DNA from: Escherichia coli 042
GTDB lineage: Bacteria; Pseudomonadota; Gammaproteobacteria; Enterobacterales; Enterobacteriaceae
Reading direction: 5' to 3' (one strand)
Length of the DNA stretch: 64,000 bases
NCBI RefSeq assembly: GCF_000027125.1
Contig: NC_017626.1
In this document: positions 60,071 through 64,000 of the stretch, piece by piece
How the letters are laid out: each line of letters starts with the position of its first letter
How positions within the stretch are numbered: the stretch's first letter is position 1
Program-made: the position numbers and the translations under genes
The notes under the pieces: model-generated
Told to the model about the DNA's origin: nothing
What the model saw: the letters and a program-made list of their open reading frames with translations, nothing else
Database searches by the model: none

Positions 60071-60532
60071 CTACTGGTTACGTTTCTTTAGTGCCAGCAT
60101 GTTCTCGAAGGCTTCCTCGTAGAGCTTGTTTAGTCCACGTAGCTGGTTAAGGAGTTTGGCTTTTTCTGACGCAGGTAGAATCTCGAAGAGGTTAAGTAAC
60201 TCTGCCTGTTCTTCATTGACCAGCCTCCATCCTTTGCCTGAAAAGTTATCATCATAAGTATCTGATGATCTTACATAATTCATTAAGTCTTTAAGGTCTT
60301 CTCGAATGTCCTCTGGTTTTACCTTTAACAGAGCCGCAAATTTTAGCGCAGCGTCGGTATTTACCGGTATCTTGCCGTTCAGATACTGGCTAACGGTGCC
60401 TTGAGATTCGAATCCCAACAACTCAGCCGCCAGCTCTTGAGTCAGCTTCAGCTCTTTTTTTCTTGCATTCCATGCGGCTTTTAAATTCTTGCTCGCTTCT
60501 GGAGTTGCAATCACTTCGCGTGTTTTTTTCAT
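60071..60532 (-). CDS. DicA/RacR-like XRE-family prophage repressor
   Basis: 153-aa ORF; HTH region (LTQELAAELLGFESQGTVSQYLNGK); C-terminus resembles DicA as recalled; divergent from a Cro-like gene. Confidence 0.75.
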   Translation of the reverse strand: MKKTREVIATPEASKNLKAAWNARKKELKLTQELAAELLGFESQGTVSQYLNGKIPVNTDAALKFAALLKVKPEDIREDLKDLMNYVRSSDTYDDNFSGKGWRLVNEEQAELLNLFEILPASEKAKLLNQLRGLNKLYEEAFENMLALKKRNQ

Positions 60533-60639
60533 ACATAGAGTTTATTTGTTTTACCAATATTATCAAAGATAGTCTGGCTATTGATCTTTAAAATTAGCGG
60601 GGCTAATATTTGCTCGAGGCATAACGTAGAAGGTTGGCT
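60533..60639. promoter_or_regulatory. divergent promoter/operator region of the immunity switch
   Basis: 107-bp AT-rich gap between divergent repressor and Cro-like genes; imperfect palindrome tcaaagat-N12-atctttaa. Confidence 0.5.
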
Positions 60640-60915
60640 ATGAACTTAAGAGACTATTTAAAAGAGAAACATATCACCCAGCTACAGTTTGGGAAGCTAA
60701 CGGGTTTATCTCAGGTGCATGTAAGTCGAGTGCTGGGGGGCTATGAAAGATTCAGCCCTGAAAAAGCATTACGTGTTGCTGAAGTAACGAATTTCGAGGT
60801 TACACCTCATGAACTCCGGCCTGATATTTACCCGAATCCAACCGACGGCTTACCTGTTGGATTCAAGGCTAACACACCAAATGCATCGGAGTTGATTCAT
60901 GAAAATCAGGCATGA
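60640..60915 (+). CDS. Cro/YdaS-like HTH protein
   Basis: 91-aa ORF with HTH (ITQLQFGKLTGLSQVHVSRVLGG); start placed at ATG 60640. Confidence 0.65.
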   Translation: MNLRDYLKEKHITQLQFGKLTGLSQVHVSRVLGGYERFSPEKALRVAEVTNFEVTPHELRPDIYPNPTDGLPVGFKANTPNASELIHENQA

Positions 60916-61324
60916 GCACATCCGCATGGCGATGAATGCCTGGGCGCATCCGGACGGTGAAAAAGTTCCGGCAGCTGAAATAACCCGGGCTTATTTTGAG
61001 CTTGGTATGACGTTCCCGGAATTATATGACGACAGCCATCCGGAAGCCCTGGCTCGCAATACCCAGAAAATTTTCCGCTGGGTGGAGAAAGACACTCCTG
61101 ATGCGGTTAAAAAAATTCAGGCGTTGTTACCAGCGATCGAAAAAGCAATGCCGCCTCTGCTGGTGGCCCGAATGCGCAGCCACAGTTCAGCTTATTTTCG
61201 GGAGCTGGTGGAGACGCGGGAACGACTGGTGAGAGACGCTGATGATTTTGTCGCAGTGGCGATCGCTGGTTTCAACCAGATGAATCGTGGTGGCCCTGCA
61301 GGAAATATTGTGGCTGTGCATTGA
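60899..61324 (+). CDS. YdaT-like protein
   Basis: 141-aa ORF beginning MKIRHEHI and ending VAVH, the same size and ends as Rac YdaT as recalled; start overlaps Cro-like stop. Confidence 0.6.
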   Translation: MKIRHEHIRMAMNAWAHPDGEKVPAAEITRAYFELGMTFPELYDDSHPEALARNTQKIFRWVEKDTPDAVKKIQALLPAIEKAMPPLLVARMRSHSSAYFRELVETRERLVRDADDFVAVAIAGFNQMNRGGPAGNIVAVH

Positions 61325-61395
61325 CTCGCAATATTCATACCGGATCACTTCCGGCAATTTGTGAGTAAAAAGATTCGGTATCAGAAGAGGTGAGT

Positions 61396-62436
61396 ATGGC
61401 TAACGCCTGGCTCAGATTATGGCATGACATGCCAAATGACCCTAAGTGGCGAACAATTGCCAGGGTGTCAGGGCAGCCAATTGCAACAGTGATGGCAGTG
61501 TATATCCACCTTCTGGTGAGCGCGTCACGAAATGTCACGACATGTCACGGCGTGTCACTACGTGGTCACATTGATGTCACGACGGAAGATTTAGCAAGTG
61601 CGCTTGATGTGACGGAAGAAGTAATTGATTCAATTTTACAGGCAATGCAGGGGCGGGTACTTGATGGAGATTTAATCACCGGATGGGAAAAACGCCAGGT
61701 ACTGAAAGAGGACAATGGCAACGTTTCACAAACCGCGAAATCCCCGGCAGAGCGCAAGAGAGCGCAGCGCGAGAGGGAAAAATTACGAAAACAGAATGAG
61801 GGGTGTCACGACGAGTCACGCATATGTCACGACATGTCACGACGAGTCACGACAGATAAAGATACAGATAAAGAATTAAACCCCACACATAACGCGCACG
61901 TGCGCGAGAGTGCTCCGACCAGTGAGTCGAGTGGTACGCCGTTGCAGGCAGCAGAACCTGCATCCCTGGATGGACTGAGCGAACCCATCGGGAAATTTCC
62001 GATGGTCGATGACTGGCATCCGTCGCCGGATTTTCGACGACGGGCTGCGTTGTGGGGGATGGCTTTGCCGGAGCCGGAATTTACACCTGCTGAACTTGCC
62101 GCTTTCCGGGACTACTGGGCAGCGGAGGGGAAAGTTTTCACGCAGGTTCAGTGGGAGCAGAAATTCGCCCGTCACGTAAATCACGTCAGGGCGCAGGTTA
62201 AGCCAGTCAGCAAGGGGGTAAACCATGCAGCAGCACCAGGTGGCACCGCATCACGGGCAGTTCAGGAAATTCGGGCAGCACGTGAGCAGTGGGAACGTGA
62301 AAACGGATTTATCAGCGACGGAAACGGTCTGGAAGCTGTGGGAACTCATGGGGGAGGTTTATTCGAACCGCTGGACCCAGAAGAACGGGGCCGCACCTTC
62401 GAAGCTCTGGATTGCACAGATTGGCGCGATGACTGA
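61396..62436 (+). CDS. replication initiator / replisome organiser (lambda O-like role)
   Basis: ORF beginning MANAWLRLWHDMPNDPKWRTIARV; contains two iteron clusters, as the lambda O gene contains ori. Confidence 0.65.
   Translation: MANAWLRLWHDMPNDPKWRTIARVSGQPIATVMAVYIHLLVSASRNVTTCHGVSLRGHIDVTTEDLASALDVTEEVIDSILQAMQGRVLDGDLITGWEKRQVLKEDNGNVSQTAKSPAERKRAQREREKLRKQNEGCHDESRICHDMSRRVTTDKDTDKELNPTHNAHVRESAPTSESSGTPLQAAEPASLDGLSEPIGKFPMVDDWHPSPDFRRRAALWGMALPEPEFTPAELAAFRDYWAAEGKVFTQVQWEQKFARHVNHVRAQVKPVSKGVNHAAAPGGTASRAVQEIRAAREQWERENGFISDGNGLEAVGTHGGGLFEPLDPEERGRTFEALDCTDWRDD
61524..61581. repeat. iteron cluster 1: six GTCAC[G/T/A] repeats at 10-11 bp spacing
   Basis: repeat starts at 61524, 61534, 61544, 61554, 61565, 61576. 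Confidence 0.8.
61805..61851. repeat. iteron cluster 2: five GTCACG repeats at 10-11 bp spacing, followed by an AT-rich tract
   Basis: repeat starts at 61805, 61815, 61826, 61836, 61846; then acagataaagatacagataaagaattaaa. Confidence 0.8.
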
Positions 62437-62890
62437 GCAGCAAATCCGACAGGTCTGCCGCCAGTGCATGGACCGCTGCCGGGCGGGTGAAACATGGCCT
62501 CCGGACCTGGCTGAGTTTGTGGCGCTGATTTCAGAAAGCGGGGCCAATCCATTTGGCCTGACGGTGGATGCTGTGATGGAGGAGTACCGCCGCTGGCGTG
62601 ATGAATCCTGGCGATATGACGGAAGCGACAAATATCCGTGGCCTCAGCCTGTGCTGTACCACATCTGCCTCGAAATGCGTACCAGAGGGATTGAGCGCCA
62701 GATGACGCAGGGTGAGTTAAAACGACTTGCGGAACGGCAACTGACGAAATGGGCAAAGCATGTTGGTAACGGGATGAGTGTTCCGCCAGTGCGACGACAA
62801 CTGGAAGGGGCGAAACACCCGCAAGGGCCAACGCCAATTGAACGGCTGAAACAGGAATACGAACGCCGGAAGGCAGCTGGTTTTATTTGA
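62225..62890 (+). CDS. replication protein P-like (helicase loader)
   Basis: C-terminal region resembles lambdoid P proteins as recalled (YPWPQPVLYHICLEMRTRG...); AGGGGG RBS before ATG 62225; start uncertain, alternative ATG at 62429. Confidence 0.6.
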   Translation: MQQHQVAPHHGQFRKFGQHVSSGNVKTDLSATETVWKLWELMGEVYSNRWTQKNGAAPSKLWIAQIGAMTEQQIRQVCRQCMDRCRAGETWPPDLAEFVALISESGANPFGLTVDAVMEEYRRWRDESWRYDGSDKYPWPQPVLYHICLEMRTRGIERQMTQGELKRLAERQLTKWAKHVGNGMSVPPVRRQLEGAKHPQGPTPIERLKQEYERRKAAGFI

Positions 62891-62923
62891 ATCTGAGAAA
62901 CGATTTTGTCGGAGGAAATTTTA

Positions 62924-63694
62924 ATGGAAACCGTATTTGACGCACTGAAAGCAATGGGAAAAGCCACATCGGTAGAACTGGCCGCGCGACTTGATATCAG
63001 TCGTGAAGAGGTTCTCAACGAGCTGTGGGAACTCAAAAGAAATGGCGTCGTTGATAAAACTGGTCACACCTGGTTTCTGGCTGGCGAAGGTGAATCCCGG
63101 GTAACCGAAGAGCGGCCAGTAAAATCTGAAGCACAGGATATGCTGACCGGGGAGGTCGAACAAAAAGTTACCGCAGACATGATGATTGAGTTTATCGGTC
63201 AGGATGGTGCTAAAACGTGTGAGGAACTGGCGGGTAAGTTCGGCGTCAGTACTCGCAAGGTTGCCTCCACGCTGGCGGTGGTAACCGCAACGGGGCGGCT
63301 GGCACGCGTTAATCAGAACGATAAATTTCGTTACTGCATGCCGGGCGATAATTTACCAGCAGAGCCGAAAGCCGCGCTGGTAACGGAAAGTGATGGTAAG
63401 GCCTTTCCTCAGCCAGCAGGTGCTGCGTTACCAGTCCGGGAAGCCGCAACACAGGAAGAAATTAAAACAGAAACTGTGGCGGACATTGTGCAGCCGTTGC
63501 CATCGTTTACCGAAACGCAAGCAGATGAGCTGATTTTTCCGTCCCTTCGCAGGGCAAACCTGGCGCTGCGCAGGGCGAAAAGTGATGTTCAGAAGTGGGA
63601 GCGAGTCTGCGCCGCGCTGCGGGAGGTGAACAAGCACCGGGATATTGTTCGACAGATTACTGATTCTTCCCGCCGTGTTGTATCGGAAAAGTGA
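62924..63694 (+). CDS. hypothetical protein with N-terminal winged-helix-like DNA-binding domain
   Basis: 257-aa ORF from ATG 62924 after a GGAGG RBS; N-terminus [30 protein letters not shown]. Confidence 0.55.
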   Translation: METVFDALKAMGKATSVELAARLDISREEVLNELWELKRNGVVDKTGHTWFLAGEGESRVTEERPVKSEAQDMLTGEVEQKVTADMMIEFIGQDGAKTCEELAGKFGVSTRKVASTLAVVTATGRLARVNQNDKFRYCMPGDNLPAEPKAALVTESDGKAFPQPAGAALPVREAATQEEIKTETVADIVQPLPSFTETQADELIFPSLRRANLALRRAKSDVQKWERVCAALREVNKHRDIVRQITDSSRRVVSEK

Positions 63695-63709
63695 TTGCCG
63701 GAGGCGCTT

Positions 63710-64000
63710 ATGGCAAAAGTATTTACACCAGAAGAGCGGGAAGAAGTGAAGGCGCGCATTGTGGAATTCGTGCGCCTGAGCGGACGAGAAACTTTTCGAC
63801 AACTGGCAGATAAAACGGGTGTCAGTAAGACCGCTATTCGTCGTTTATCTGGTGCGCTTGCGGCCAGTGGTGATGTCTGGCTCTCTGGTTGCGGGGTATT
63901 TCCATCAGAGCAGGCGTATCGCGTATGGCGTAAGACACCGGAGAAGGCTGCTGACCCGACACTGATTCGAAAGTTACCTGACGGAGAAATACGTCGTTAC
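63710..64000 (+). CDS. hypothetical HTH-like protein, 3'-truncated by the window end
   Basis: ATG 63710 after a CCGGAGG RBS; open frame of 97 codons to the window edge; not in the ORF track because no stop is seen. Confidence 0.5.
   Translation, partial: MAKVFTPEEREEVKARIVEFVRLSGRETFRQLADKTGVSKTAIRRLSGALAASGDVWLSGCGVFPSEQAYRVWRKTPEKAADPTLIRKLPDGEIRRY

Larger units (their letters stand above)
52824..64000. mobile_element. lambdoid (Qin/Rac-like) prophage, left arm; continues beyond the window end
   Basis: int-xis-exo-dicB operon-repressor/cro switch-O/P replication module, replacing the chromosomal genes expected after ompW. Confidence 0.85.

Overview
This window is an Escherichia coli-type chromosomal segment in conserved K-12-like gene order (ychH, dauA, prs, ispE, lolB, hemA, prfA, prmC, sirB2/1, kdsA, two ldr/rdl long direct repeats, chaABC, ychN, ychO, narLX, narK, narGHJI, tyrTV with rtT repeats, purU, ychJ, rssAB, galU, hns, tdk, adhE, ychE, oppABCDF, yciU, clsA, yciY, kch, yciI, tonB, yciA/B/C, ompW). 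From 52.8 kb to the window end, the 3' side of ompW is occupied by the left arm of a lambdoid (Qin/Rac-like) prophage. That arm carries a tyrosine integrase, an excisionase-like gene, a RecE-like/DEDD exonuclease fusion, a dicB-type operon with a DicF sRNA homolog, a DicA-like repressor with divergent Cro-like and YdaT-like genes, and O-like/P-like replication genes with in-gene iterons. All calls rest on reading the sequence and recalled family knowledge; no database search was run. The best candidates for something undescribed are an AT-rich pair of convergent, tail-overlapping orphan genes sitting antisense inside the dicB-type operon (58622-59261) and the unusual exonuclease architecture. 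Other points worth a second look are a premature stop in ychJ, two rather than three LDR copies, and a triple tandem repeat at the ompW/integrase junction.
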